A stretch of 29,737 bases of DNA. Source: a virus (Duplodnaviria; Caudoviricetes). Shown here piece after piece: positions 1 to 8,788 of this stretch. The notes below the pieces were generated by a model. That model was not told where the DNA came from, did not search any database, and was given only the letters and a program-made list of their open reading frames with translations. Position numbers and translations under genes: made by a program. Location: IMG/VR virus record IMGVR_UViG_3300033412_000214, positions 1 to 29,737 of that record; one strand, written 5' to 3'. Numbering within the stretch: the first letter of the stretch is position 1; each line of letters starts with the position of its first letter.

Positions 1-57
1 TGTCTGCAAAAACTTTTATTCCTATCTTTTTCGCTCCCCCCGCCGATATTTTATTTA
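1..57 (-). other. Probable cos-proximal packaging region (genome end)
   Basis: Minus strand just after the HNH stop reads GGCGGGGGGAGCGAAAAAAGATAGG...GCAGACA. A G-run then A-run after a terminal HNH gene is typical just before cosN in HK97-like phages. Confidence 0.4.
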
Positions 58-345
58 TTAAATTTTTTTTTCGAGAGGCCAGCCGTCTATACCAACACCG
101 TGTGCATGCCCGTGTGTCTCAATAAGTTTCTTATCTTTGTTGTGACACTGCGCACATAGTGACTGTAGTGGACCAAAGTAAAACGAATTTAATTCGCCTT
201 TATGTGGACGAATATGGTCAGCCACTGTTGCTGCTGTCACCACACCATGCTGCATGCATATTGCACATAGAGGGTGGGCACGCAGTTGTTGAAGTCTGCG
301 CACACGCCAACGCTGTGTGTTGTAGAGATGCCCGAACTGTCCCAT
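58..345 (-). CDS. HNH endonuclease, HK97 gp74-like terminase accessory
   Basis: Y..QRW...R..QL..HPLCAIC...ATVADHIRPHKG...LQSLCAQCHN..K and a C-terminal G.DGWP; last gene after the late regulator. Confidence 0.88.
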   Translation of the reverse strand: MGQFGHLYNTQRWRVRRLQQLRAHPLCAICMQHGVVTAATVADHIRPHKGELNSFYFGPLQSLCAQCHNKDKKLIETHGHAHGVGIDGWPLEKKI

Positions 346-463
346 GTGGGTGGGTGTGGTGAAGGTGTAGTGGTAAAGCTGCCGCTATGTAGGATGGCAA
401 GACGGGGAGGAAAACCCCTTGCGCACTACATGCACACACACAAACGGCAACGCCTTAAGCGCT

Positions 464-970
464 TCAGTTCAGTGAAGCTGCTTCAATCTGGCTGCCTATG
501 TTTAGTTCAACAGGGACGTACTGACCGAGCAATTGCAGCAGCACACGTTCACGCGCACGTGATGTCATTCCATCGTAAAGCGCTAACTGCCCTGCAAATT
601 GTCCTGAAATAACTTTGACGTGCTGACCTTTTTTGAATTTCTCTTTTTTCGGCAAGACAATCAGACCCTCTGAATTCTCGCGTGACTGTAAATCCAAAAT
701 CACGCGATCATTGACCAAAATCGGCTTAAGGCCTGCGTCCAAGAGCAACGACGAAACGCCTGGCGTTCCGTTTATCGGATGCCAGATGCGGTCAATCCGC
801 ACAAAAACGTATCGGGGAAACAGCGCTGCTACGCGCTCACGCTTCACTTGCCGCACATACTGCGTTTGCTGAACACGTGGCAGATAGCAAACGAATTCCT
901 GGCTTTCCAAAAAACGCTTGGCTTTGCTTTCTGAGAACGGTTGCGTTTGTGCCACTGACCAAAAAGCCAT
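464..970 (-). CDS. NusG/RfaH-family transcription antiterminator (NGN + KOW), probable late-gene regulator
   Basis: W.VAQTQP..E..A...L..Q.F..YLP, LFPRYVFV, INGTPGVSSLL; KOW motif FKKGQHVKVISGQFAG; RVLLQLLG. Start trimmed to ATG 970. Confidence 0.9.
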   Translation of the reverse strand: MAFWSVAQTQPFSESKAKRFLESQEFVCYLPRVQQTQYVRQVKRERVAALFPRYVFVRIDRIWHPINGTPGVSSLLLDAGLKPILVNDRVILDLQSRENSEGLIVLPKKEKFKKGQHVKVISGQFAGQLALYDGMTSRARERVLLQLLGQYVPVELNIGSQIEAASLN

Positions 971-1041
971 TCGTTCCACGTGAAACATTGACCAATCAAC
1001 CGACAAAGCGATCAGTTGCATGAAAAATACCGAAACGCAAA

Positions 1042-1270
1042 CGTCACCGGAACTTCCGTCACAAAAAATTCGGTCCCTATATAGAAAGTAAAGTGTGACG
1101 TTACGACCGCAATCACACTCGCCTATCGTCTGTGTGTTGCGGCAACCGTCACACTAGAAACGCCCGTTTTTATTGAACAACCACTAATTTTGTGACGATC
1201 TGTGACGCCGTGACGAAAGACGTGACGATTGACCGAAATTGGCAAAATTGCCGTCACAGAATTTGTGACG
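1042..1270. repeat. GTGACG iteron-like cluster, probable replication origin
   Basis: Ten GTGACG/CGTCAC copies (1042, 1057, 1095, 1147, 1192, 1202, 1210, 1222, 1252, 1265) in both orientations, in non-coding DNA with A/T tracts, downstream of the primase-helicase. Confidence 0.7.
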
Positions 1271-1337
1271 AAAGTTCCAAAAAAAATTGTGTACGATGTC
1301 GCCTCGCGTCAGTGACCGCCGCATAACAGGAAGCACC

Positions 1338-1592
1338 ATGAAACAAATCAGCACCGCGTGGGCAGTGACTTGGACGGAAAAGGCTGCTGAATTTTACGGA
1401 GCCGACACAAATATAATCAGCATAGAGCCAAAGGACGAAATAACTTTCGACACCAGAAAGAAAAAAATGGGTCGCCCTAAAATTAGATATGGAGAGCCGC
1501 TTGCCATGTTCCCAACAAAGGAAGAAGCGGAGGCCTACAGGTCCGACAACAAAGATTGGCTGACTATCGAAGTAAAAATCGTTAATGGCTGA
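1338..1592 (+). CDS. Hypothetical protein (counter-oriented, AT-richer, moron-like)
   Basis: AGGA RBS before ATG 1338; converges on the primase-helicase stop; contains KKMGRPK. Confidence 0.6.
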   Translation: MKQISTAWAVTWTEKAAEFYGADTNIISIEPKDEITFDTRKKKMGRPKIRYGEPLAMFPTKEEAEAYRSDNKDWLTIEVKIVNG

Positions 1593-1597
1593 TAAAT

Positions 1598-3475
1598 TCA
1601 GCGGTTTCGCATTTCCGCTTCACGTTCCGCAGCCAGCGCAGCTTCACGCGCGACGGTCTTGCCTTCCTCCGTCAGAATAAAACGGTTGCGCATCTTTTTG
1701 GTCAGCGCTGGTCCGTTCCCAGGCTTCGCCAGCTTTTGCAGGATGCGGTCCACCTTTTGCTTATAGGGCTGACCTTCACGCAGGAAATTGCACGCCTGGG
1801 CCAACGCAGCAAACGATGCCAGGGGTGTTGCCAGCAGCGCTGCCAGCACACGGTCTTCATCGCTTAAGCTTTTCTTTTCCAGCTTTTCGGCTTCCTGGTC
1901 AGTCAGCGCCACAGCCATGACGGTTGGTAATTCCATGCCGTCACTGTCTGTCAGCTTCGGGGTTTTGATTGTGTCCAACCGAAACATCATCGGCTGAAAT
2001 CCAGGGCCACGCATTTTGTTGTAGGACAGTTCAACCGTGTCGTCCGTTTTCTTCCACAGCGTCAGGTTGCCGTCCACTTCGGCTAGATACGCACCACCAC
2101 CGCGTGGCAGCAGCTTTTCAGCATCGTCCACGTGCTTCACTGGATGACACAGCACCAGCACGCATGGCCTACCAGGCAGTTTGGTCAATTCGCGCAACAG
2201 CCGCGCATAGTTGCCCATCTGCGTGTTGGATTGTTCATCATCAAACAAAAAATAAGCGGCGCTGGTGTCCACGATAATCAGACTGGCTTCACCATGTGAC
2301 CGGCAGTTTTCGGCAATGCGATGCATCATGCCCTGGATGCTAAACCTGCCGTCAATAAACCAAATATTGTCACGCTCAGGATCATCTGACCTGTAAGCGC
2401 TCGCCCCAATCACACGCATGCGCACGTCATCAGAATTTTCACCAGCAAAATAAATTACCCTACCCTTTTTCACCACATGTCTGGTGCCCAGCGAAGCGAA
2501 CGGGTCAGTGCAGCCGACCAACTGCGCCAGCAGCAGCGCCACGGCGGTTTTGGCGTGGCCGGTCTGTCCGGTCAGTGAATAGATGAAGTGACGCTGCAGG
2601 ATGCCTTGCACCAGGTAGTCAGGTGGCTTGAAGCCGTCCAGGAATTCAGCGCGCGATAGCACGCGCAGTTCATCGCCACGGCTTTCGGTTGCGCCAGCGC
2701 CGTTGGTTGGCGGTGTCCAATCCGGCAAATCCTCAACAATGTGCCACAGCCGTTCAACGTCATGACCGCTTTCCAGCCAATCGCTGATGTCCTGGCTGGG
2801 CTGTATGTCAGACCAAAATTGTGCCAGGTCCAGCATACGCACACGCGCGGCCACACCCTTCAGCATGCTGGCCACCTTCAGCGCGTGTTCACGGCCAGGC
2901 TTATCGTTATCGCCGCAGACAACAACATCAGCGCCGTTGAATATCGGCGCAAAGTCTTCGCGCCACTTGCCCGCACCCATTGGGTTGGTGGTGGCGCACA
3001 CGCCAGCCGCATGCAGCGCATTGCAGTCCTTTTCGCCTTCCACAACAAAGCAGACGCGGCCAGCGGCAATGCATTCAACCAGTTCCGGCAGCCGATACGG
3101 CACAATGCGCACGCCTTTTATGGACCAGTTTTTTTGGTCTGGGCCTGTGCGCTGGCGGAATTGTTTTGGTTGGCCTGGTGGTTCAAAGCGCAGCGCCTGG
3201 AACAGCAGCTTGCCGCCTTCATCCACATAATCGTAAATCGCGCGCACCGGTCCCAGGTCATCGCGGTTCAGTTTCTCTTGCGGCTTGCGCTGGTCGTACT
3301 TTTCGCCGCCATGGAAATCACATTGGTGACAGAACCACACAATGCCGTCTTTTTCTTCTTTGCAGTTTAAGTACCCAGCGCCGCTGCAGTTTGGGCACGC
3401 CACAGTGAACTTGCCCGACTTTGTTGCCAGGTAGTCAATGCCATGCCGCCTGCAGATTTCCTGCGCGGTAGTCAC
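1598..3475 (-). CDS. Bifunctional DNA primase-helicase (Zn ribbon, TOPRIM, RecA-like AAA_25/RepA helicase, C-terminal wHTH)
   Basis: CPNC..CHQC; VVEGEKD and DND TOPRIM motifs; Walker A-like GQTGHAKT, YFAGEN, Walker B LIIVDT, LVLCHP, PRGGGA. Confidence 0.9.
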   Translation of the reverse strand: MTTAQEICRRHGIDYLATKSGKFTVACPNCSGAGYLNCKEEKDGIVWFCHQCDFHGGEKYDQRKPQEKLNRDDLGPVRAIYDYVDEGGKLLFQALRFEPPGQPKQFRQRTGPDQKNWSIKGVRIVPYRLPELVECIAAGRVCFVVEGEKDCNALHAAGVCATTNPMGAGKWREDFAPIFNGADVVVCGDNDKPGREHALKVASMLKGVAARVRMLDLAQFWSDIQPSQDISDWLESGHDVERLWHIVEDLPDWTPPTNGAGATESRGDELRVLSRAEFLDGFKPPDYLVQGILQRHFIYSLTGQTGHAKTAVALLLAQLVGCTDPFASLGTRHVVKKGRVIYFAGENSDDVRMRVIGASAYRSDDPERDNIWFIDGRFSIQGMMHRIAENCRSHGEASLIIVDTSAAYFLFDDEQSNTQMGNYARLLRELTKLPGRPCVLVLCHPVKHVDDAEKLLPRGGGAYLAEVDGNLTLWKKTDDTVELSYNKMRGPGFQPMMFRLDTIKTPKLTDSDGMELPTVMAVALTDQEAEKLEKKSLSDEDRVLAALLATPLASFAALAQACNFLREGQPYKQKVDRILQKLAKPGNGPALTKKMRNRFILTEEGKTVAREAALAAEREAEMRNR

Positions 3476-3498
3476 AGTTTATTCTGCTTTCTTAGTTT

Positions 3499-3609
3499 TC
3501 ATCGCGTCACCAACGCGACCAGGCAGCACACTGTCAGCGTTGCGAACACCACAGCGCCGATGACCAACCACTGACCAACGGTTAGCGGATAGCTGGGTAG
3601 GTCCATCAT
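3499..3609 (-). CDS. Small single-TM hypothetical protein (36 aa)
   Basis: MMDLPSYPLTVGQWLVIGAVVFATLTVCCLVALVTR; ATGA overlap with the upstream ORF. Confidence 0.5.
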   Translation of the reverse strand: MMDLPSYPLTVGQWLVIGAVVFATLTVCCLVALVTR

Positions 3610-3812
3610 GTGTGCGTGTCCATTAATTCTGGCGCAACATTGCGCCGCCGCCTGTATTCTCGTTCCACCAGGATGGTGGCCGCACGCACCTGCTCGCCTT
3701 CGCGCCGCTCGCACTGCGCCATCAGCAACCCCCACACGACACGACGCACGTGAAAGCCATTTCTGCGCTGCCGCCCGATGGCCCAGGCGGTGCTGTTGGC
3801 TGCGGGCTTCAC
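3606..3812 (-). CDS. Hypothetical protein
   Basis: Fills the gap in a tightly packed minus-strand operon; its stop overlaps the next start. Confidence 0.5.
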   Translation of the reverse strand: MKPAANSTAWAIGRQRRNGFHVRRVVWGLLMAQCERREGEQVRAATILVEREYRRRRNVAPELMDTHT

Positions 3813-3816
3813 CGGC

Positions 3817-4422
3817 CTAAACGCGCGTGGCTAGTGCCGCTCGTTCCACTTCAGTTAAATCCCAATGCGCAACCACCAGCCAAAGGTCCGCTTTGCCGAT
3901 GCGGCGCAACAGATACGGGTCACGCGGCGGAACGCGGTGCCATTCGGCTTCCCACAACACATGATAGTTTTGCAGGCCGCGCTTTGGCCGCAGATGAACT
4001 GGAATGATAGGAACTTGCGCTTCATGCTCGCTGCGCTCGCTGCGCCTGGCTGGGTTGCCCCAGGTATTCATTGGGAAACTTTCGCGCGGAAACACAAAGG
4101 TGTTTTCCCGCAAGTCAATTTCATCCTTCCTGCCACGCAAAAATGCTCGCGGTGACATGATGCAGCGGCCAGTGCTGATGCGGGTCAGGTGGCACTTTTC
4201 CGCCGTGGCCGGTGCCAGCGCCAGCTTTGGTAAAAATTCGCGGTCCAGGCCTGCCTGTTTGATGCTTTCCAGCGCTTTGATAATCACCTTGCCTTTGCTC
4301 AGCAGGTGATAGGTGCGCTGAATTTCCCAATCAATCGGCTGGCTATAGGCCGCATGCGTTTTATATTTTTGATAAAGCGCTACCGCTTCGTGTCGCGCGA
4401 TTTTCACCAACTCTGTGTGCAT
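3817..4422 (-). CDS. Phage hypothetical protein (201 aa)
   Basis: GGAGG RBS; globular-looking C-terminus PIIP.HLRP...YHVLWEAEW...PP.DPYLLRRIG..DLWLVVAHWDLTEVE. Confidence 0.8.
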   Translation of the reverse strand: MHTELVKIARHEAVALYQKYKTHAAYSQPIDWEIQRTYHLLSKGKVIIKALESIKQAGLDREFLPKLALAPATAEKCHLTRISTGRCIMSPRAFLRGRKDEIDLRENTFVFPRESFPMNTWGNPARRSERSEHEAQVPIIPVHLRPKRGLQNYHVLWEAEWHRVPPRDPYLLRRIGKADLWLVVAHWDLTEVERAALATRV

Positions 4423-4435
4423 GGCGCTTCCTCCG

Positions 4436-4726
4436 TCATCGTGTTTGTTCTGCCGCCGCTTTCACGTCACCGTCATCAAAGGTGCTGTAGCCGCGATTAA
4501 CCAACCAGCGATAAGACTTCACCCGGTAGTCCATCGGCAGCGACTTTGCTGCAGTGATTGCTTTGTGCATGCTGATTTCAGCCACTTCGTAGCTGGATGG
4601 CGCTGACAGTTCTGGATTGAATTTGAGCATAAACGCCACGCACCGGTTCACGTCGCCGCTCAGCAGCACCGCATCACGCTCAATGATGAATGCTGCCACG
4701 TCTATGCCGTTGTGCTGTCCGTTCAT
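4436..4726 (-). CDS. Hypothetical protein
   Basis: ATG 4726 overlaps the upstream stop (ATGA); phage-like codon usage. Confidence 0.7.
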   Translation of the reverse strand: MNGQHNGIDVAAFIIERDAVLLSGDVNRCVAFMLKFNPELSAPSSYEVAEISMHKAITAAKSLPMDYRVKSYRWLVNRGYSTFDDGDVKAAAEQTR

Positions 4727-5142
4727 GCCGACACCTGCATTCTGAATTGCGTTAGCAGATCGGAAATTTTCACCAGGACAACGCCGCTTAATCCATTGTC
4801 GCCAACACATTCGCGATAATGGCCAGCGCGCCAATTGCGGCGGCAGATTTCCCGCAGGCGCTGCACCGGGATCATGATATAAGCCAACGTTTCATCACCG
4901 CGCGCCAATTCATGCACCCAAAAATCAGCGTCCGTGGCGGCTATGCCGCTTGGCTTTCCATTCCAGCGATATTCAATGCAAAGGTTGCCGGTGATTTCCC
5001 ACAGAAATCGCTCTGTCTTCAATTCTAATTTGCTAGACTGCAGGCGCTGCGCCAGCCGGTCTTCATCTATAAGCGCGCCGCCAAGCTGCAAATCAAATTT
5101 GCTGCCGCCATTTCCTCTGTCTGCATATGTGTAGCGTTTCAC
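4723..5142 (-). CDS. PD-(D/E)XK-like phage protein
   Basis: ELKTE....TGNLCIEY...GKPSGIAATDADFWVH pattern; GTGA overlap with the VRR-NUC stop. Confidence 0.65.
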   Translation of the reverse strand: MKRYTYADRGNGGSKFDLQLGGALIDEDRLAQRLQSSKLELKTERFLWEITGNLCIEYRWNGKPSGIAATDADFWVHELARGDETLAYIMIPVQRLREICRRNWRAGHYRECVGDNGLSGVVLVKISDLLTQFRMQVSA

Positions 5143-5552
5143 GCCGACACCTTCGCGCGCACCGCGCCCCAATCTTTTAGCGCAGCCATGGCGTCTTTCA
5201 GGCTGTCAGCCATCGCATAGGGGATTTCATTGGCAACACAGAACCATTGAAATTCCTGCTGTTCATCAGTCAGCTTGGCACCAAGCCGCTTCAATTCCAG
5301 AAAGTGTGCGCGTGATGGATATGGCGATAGCAAAATAAAATCCGGCCAGCCGCGCTTGGTGCCCATGCGCTTCAGGCGCGCACCAGTGATGACGTTGCGC
5401 CGCTCACCCATCGGCAGATGCGTGAACTTCCAGCCGCGCGTGCCCCACCTGTCCAGGATGTCAGCGACGGCGCATTGCAGATTTAATTCAGGTTCAGGCG
5501 GTGGCGACTTTCCGCGCTGGCGACGCCCAGCAAATAGCGATAACTGCGCCAT
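5139..5552 (-). CDS. VRR-NUC domain nuclease
   Basis: E..LQ..V, H.P.GE.R....GARLKRMG...GWPDFILL, FLELK..G.KLTDEQ..F. Confidence 0.88.
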   Translation of the reverse strand: MAQLSLFAGRRQRGKSPPPEPELNLQCAVADILDRWGTRGWKFTHLPMGERRNVITGARLKRMGTKRGWPDFILLSPYPSRAHFLELKRLGAKLTDEQQEFQWFCVANEIPYAMADSLKDAMAALKDWGAVRAKVSA

Positions 5553-5566
5553 TCCACCCTCTACAG

Positions 5567-5785
5567 TTACGCGGCACTGATTTTCTGCAACCTAAAAAGC
5601 CGGTCATGCGGGATGCAGCCCAGCTTGGTCAGTTCATGCGTGATTGGCCTGATAAGAACAGCCGGAAAGTGTCCGCGCGATTGCCAATTGTAAACGGCCT
5701 GCACTGGCCGCTGACAAATCTGCGCAATGGCCTTGTGACCGCCCAGCGCCTTCACCACTTCGTCAAAGGTCGTAAGTGTTCGCAT
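5567..5785 (-). CDS. Cro-like HTH regulator
   Basis: MRTLTTFDEVVKALGG..AIAQIC....QAVYNW.SRG.FP; first gene of the leftward replication operon. Start trimmed to ATG 5785. Confidence 0.8.
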   Translation of the reverse strand: MRTLTTFDEVVKALGGHKAIAQICQRPVQAVYNWQSRGHFPAVLIRPITHELTKLGCIPHDRLFRLQKISAA

Positions 5786-6140
5786 GGGGTCTAAATAACG
5801 GAACGTGAAAAGAAATTGCAAATCAGCTTCTAGTTTCCATGCGTCGCCATGCGTCGCAGACGATATTTTTTTTGAAGACGATGAAACACATGGGAACGAA
5901 TAGACACAAATGGAAACGCTTGGCACTACTATGGTGGTGCCAGTTTTTGCACAGCGCAAAGTTTGTTGACGGAAAAAACTTTCCGTGAAAAGTTAACCGC
6001 ACGTGTACGGAAGACGACACAGCGGCAACCACGGCAATAGTCCGCTGGCTTAAAAGCAAACGAAAAATTCGGGGCAGGCCTTCACACGCGCCGTTGTGCG
6101 TGAACGAAAACCTGCGCCGTGCAATGGAGGAAAACAGAAC
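5786..6140. promoter_or_regulatory. Divergent early control region
   Basis: AT-richer 355-bp gap between divergent operons; tandem CATGCGTCGC x2 (5838-5857); palindrome ACGGAAA-aaac-TTTCCGT (5969-5986) overlapping TTGACG. Confidence 0.6.
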
Positions 6141-6404
6141 ATGCGCAAAAAGCGCAGGCGCGCTTCCCCCGTTAGCGCACCGCCAAGACCAATAGGTGCG
6201 CGCCGATTGGCAACCATCGCTGAGACTTGCGCCTATGCCCGCATCAGCCGCAGCACGCTGTGGCGCTGGCTAAGCGCGGGGAAAGTGAAGGCGTATAAGC
6301 AAAGCTACAAGTCAGTGAAAGTGGACCTGAACACGGTTGACGCGCACCTGAACAGCTTACCGGAATGGACCGATGCTAACGGCAGAACAGCGCAAAGCGC
6401 GTGA
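6141..6404 (+). CDS. Excisionase-like HTH (HTH_17/AlpA-type) protein
   Basis: GGAGG RBS; LATIAETCAYARISRSTLWRWLSAGKVKAYK.....V.VD...VDAHL. Confidence 0.8.
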   Translation: MRKKRRRASPVSAPPRPIGARRLATIAETCAYARISRSTLWRWLSAGKVKAYKQSYKSVKVDLNTVDAHLNSLPEWTDANGRTAQSA

Positions 6405-7185
6405 ATTCAAAATCACAGCAAGCTGCGCGCCAACCGTCATGTCTGGCGATGAAGCGGCATTGCTGGCGCTGTGGCGTGAACTGATTGGCGAAGACCCGCC
6501 GCGTGACCTATCAAACGAATGGGCACCGATGCTGGGCGCGCACCTGGAACCATACATTTTGGATTGGCATGAAAAGAAACACGGCCACGCGCTGACCGAA
6601 CGGGGCCGCGTGGTGCAACACCCCACCATGGATTGGCTGTGCTGCACGCTGGATTGCTACCGCGCCCATGATGACACGGTGATTGACGTGAAGGTTTGCA
6701 ATAGCTGGCAGCACCTTGATGACATTGTGACGCGCTACACGCCACAAGCCATCATCCAGCGGGAATGTCGAAAGACAACCTATTGCAGCCTGCTGGTGAT
6801 GCACGGCACCGCTGAACCGCGTGAATTGCCGGTCTTTGTTGATGCCGAATACACCAAAGTGTTGTTTGAACGGATGGCAGCGTTTGCGTTGTGCGTACAC
6901 ACGATGACGCCGCCAGTGCCGCTGCCAAAATTCACCCCACCAGAACAATGGCGCAGCATCAACTTGGATGATCCGCTGGACACGCTGCCGAATTGGGCAC
7001 CGGACGCAATCCGGCATGTGGTGGATTGGGCGCGCACCAAAGACGCAGCCGATGAAAACGACCAGGCATCAAGCGATTTGAAAAAACTACTACCCGAAGA
7101 CGTTGGCAGGGTTACTTGCCTTGGCGTGACCGTGCGCCGTGACCGTCGCGGCTATCTGTCAATTAAAAAGGCATCAGCAGCATGA
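6373..7185 (+). CDS. YqaJ/lambda-exonuclease-like recombination nuclease
   Basis: R...ITAS.AP, LW.E..G, G..LEP.I, HP..DWL.CTLD, IDVK, Y.PQ...Q; followed by Bet. Confidence 0.88.
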   Translation: MLTAEQRKAREFKITASCAPTVMSGDEAALLALWRELIGEDPPRDLSNEWAPMLGAHLEPYILDWHEKKHGHALTERGRVVQHPTMDWLCCTLDCYRAHDDTVIDVKVCNSWQHLDDIVTRYTPQAIIQRECRKTTYCSLLVMHGTAEPRELPVFVDAEYTKVLFERMAAFALCVHTMTPPVPLPKFTPPEQWRSINLDDPLDTLPNWAPDAIRHVVDWARTKDAADENDQASSDLKKLLPEDVGRVTCLGVTVRRDRRGYLSIKKASAA

Positions 7186-8132
7186 ACACCACCGCACTAG
7201 CAGACCGCTCGCAAACGCGCCTGACCAATCCGCAGCCGCAAAACATTGACAACAGCACCTGGCAAATCTTGTGCGAAGTCTGTTTTCCGACAGTGGACAA
7301 TCCCAGGTCAATCGCCCTGGCGGTCAGCTATTGCCGCGCACGTAAGCTGGATATTTTAAAAAAGCCGGTCAACATCGTGCCGATGTGGAATAGCGCGCTG
7401 AAAAAAGAGGTTGACACCATATGGCCCAGCATCAACGAAACACAAATCACCGCCGCGCGCTCGCGTGAATGGGCGGGCATGAACCCCCCGATTTTTGGTG
7501 ACAACAAAGAACGTAAATTTACCGGCAGGCGGAAAGACAAAAATGGCGGCTGGTCTGATGCCCAGGTCACGCTGTGCATTCCTGAGTGGTGCGAAATAAC
7601 AGTCTATCGGGTGGTTGGTGGCAAAGCCTGCCCGTTCACTGAACGGGTCTATTGGCTGGAAGCCTATGGCCGCAGCGGCGGTTCAGATTTGCCAAACGCC
7701 ATGTGGCAAAAACGTCCAATCGGAATGCTGACCAAGGTGACGAAGGCCGCAGCGCTGCGCGCAGCGTTTCCAGAAGAGGCACCGTCTTACACCGACGATG
7801 AAATGGCTGGGCAGACCCTTGACGAAGTGACGGCATCAGCGCCCGAACAGAAAACACCGCCGACAATCGCGCCAGTGCCAGATGTGCCGCCCAGCGCAGG
7901 TGACCCAATGACATTGCCGATGCCGGAAAATAATAACTGGCAGGCGTTCGGTCAGATGCTGATGGAAGTGATACGCGGCTGCAGTGACATAAGCCAAGTG
8001 GACAAGTGGCGTGACCTGAACAAAGACGCGCTGGCCGAAATGGACAAGGCAAAGCCAGACATGCACACGCGGCTGATGCACGCGATTAACAAGCACAAGC
8101 TGACCCTGATGCCGGATGACGCGGAGGCTTAA
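7182..8132 (+). CDS. bet: Phage recombination protein Bet (RecT/Bet single-strand annealing family)
   Basis: YCRARKLDILKKPVNIVPMW, W.....MW.KRP.GML.KV..A.ALR.AFPE; coupled to the exonuclease. Confidence 0.85.
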   Translation: MNTTALADRSQTRLTNPQPQNIDNSTWQILCEVCFPTVDNPRSIALAVSYCRARKLDILKKPVNIVPMWNSALKKEVDTIWPSINETQITAARSREWAGMNPPIFGDNKERKFTGRRKDKNGGWSDAQVTLCIPEWCEITVYRVVGGKACPFTERVYWLEAYGRSGGSDLPNAMWQKRPIGMLTKVTKAAALRAAFPEEAPSYTDDEMAGQTLDEVTASAPEQKTPPTIAPVPDVPPSAGDPMTLPMPENNNWQAFGQMLMEVIRGCSDISQVDKWRDLNKDALAEMDKAKPDMHTRLMHAINKHKLTLMPDDAEA

Positions 8133-8354
8133 ATGGCAAAAATCAAAGCGCCCTGGACAGAAGACCAGGTGCAGGCGCTGAACCGCTGGCAGAAGTTTGG
8201 CTACGTCCACGAATTCACGTGCCCGAATGACGGCGGTGCGCTGCACGCCACGCTAACCGGCTGGGTGTGTACGCAGTGCGATTACGTCCAGGATTGGGCG
8301 CACGACTTCATGACCAAACCAACGCCCGACAGCAAAGAGGCGTGGAAGACATGA
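8133..8354 (+). CDS. Small Zn-ribbon hypothetical protein
   Basis: PW...QV..LN.WQ....HEFTC....L.AT..GWVC..CDY.QDWAH.FM. Confidence 0.75.
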   Translation: MAKIKAPWTEDQVQALNRWQKFGYVHEFTCPNDGGALHATLTGWVCTQCDYVQDWAHDFMTKPTPDSKEAWKT

Positions 8355-8788
8355 CGCAATTTTCTGTCATTAAAAACGGCCTACTGCCCCACGACGACGC
8401 GGCACGCGCGATGCTGGCCAAAATGAAAATCGGGTCAGTGGTGGACGTGGAATTGCAGCAGCCGATGAACACCAAATTCAACGGCAAGATTTTTGCGGCC
8501 ATCAGCAAACTAGCCAAGCTGTCTGACGTGCCGACCGAAACCATGAAAGCACGGCTGATGGTGCAAACTGGCCGCTTTGACATGGTGGCGCTGAATGACA
8601 AGCGCAAAGTGCTGGTCGCACATTCCATGTCACGCAATGCAATGTCCCAAACGCAGCGTGAACTTTTTTGGAACGATATGCGCCGGGTAGCGCGTGAAGA
8701 GATTTTGCCGTCGCTACACCTGGACCCGCGCGACCAGGAAGAAATTGACGCGCTGTTTGCCGACGAATTCGCGGCATCGGGTGACTAA
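8351..8788 (+). CDS. DUF1367/NinB-like recombination-associated protein
   Basis: L.P.D..A..ML.KMK.G..V.VE..QP.N.KF..K.FA ... S.S...MSQ.....F; ATGA-coupled start at 8351. Confidence 0.65.
   Translation: MTQFSVIKNGLLPHDDAARAMLAKMKIGSVVDVELQQPMNTKFNGKIFAAISKLAKLSDVPTETMKARLMVQTGRFDMVALNDKRKVLVAHSMSRNAMSQTQRELFWNDMRRVAREEILPSLHLDPRDQEEIDALFADEFAASGD

Noticed and set aside
2741-3408. Long plus-strand ORFs (209, 147, 142 aa)
   Set aside because: Antisense to the primase-helicase; expected in GC-rich coding DNA.
5786-5959. N-terminal extension of the Cro-like ORF to 130 aa, or a hidden cI
   Set aside because: The HTH begins at Met 5785; the extension crosses the promoter region and looks non-coding, and no HTH-bearing ORF exists on the plus strand here.
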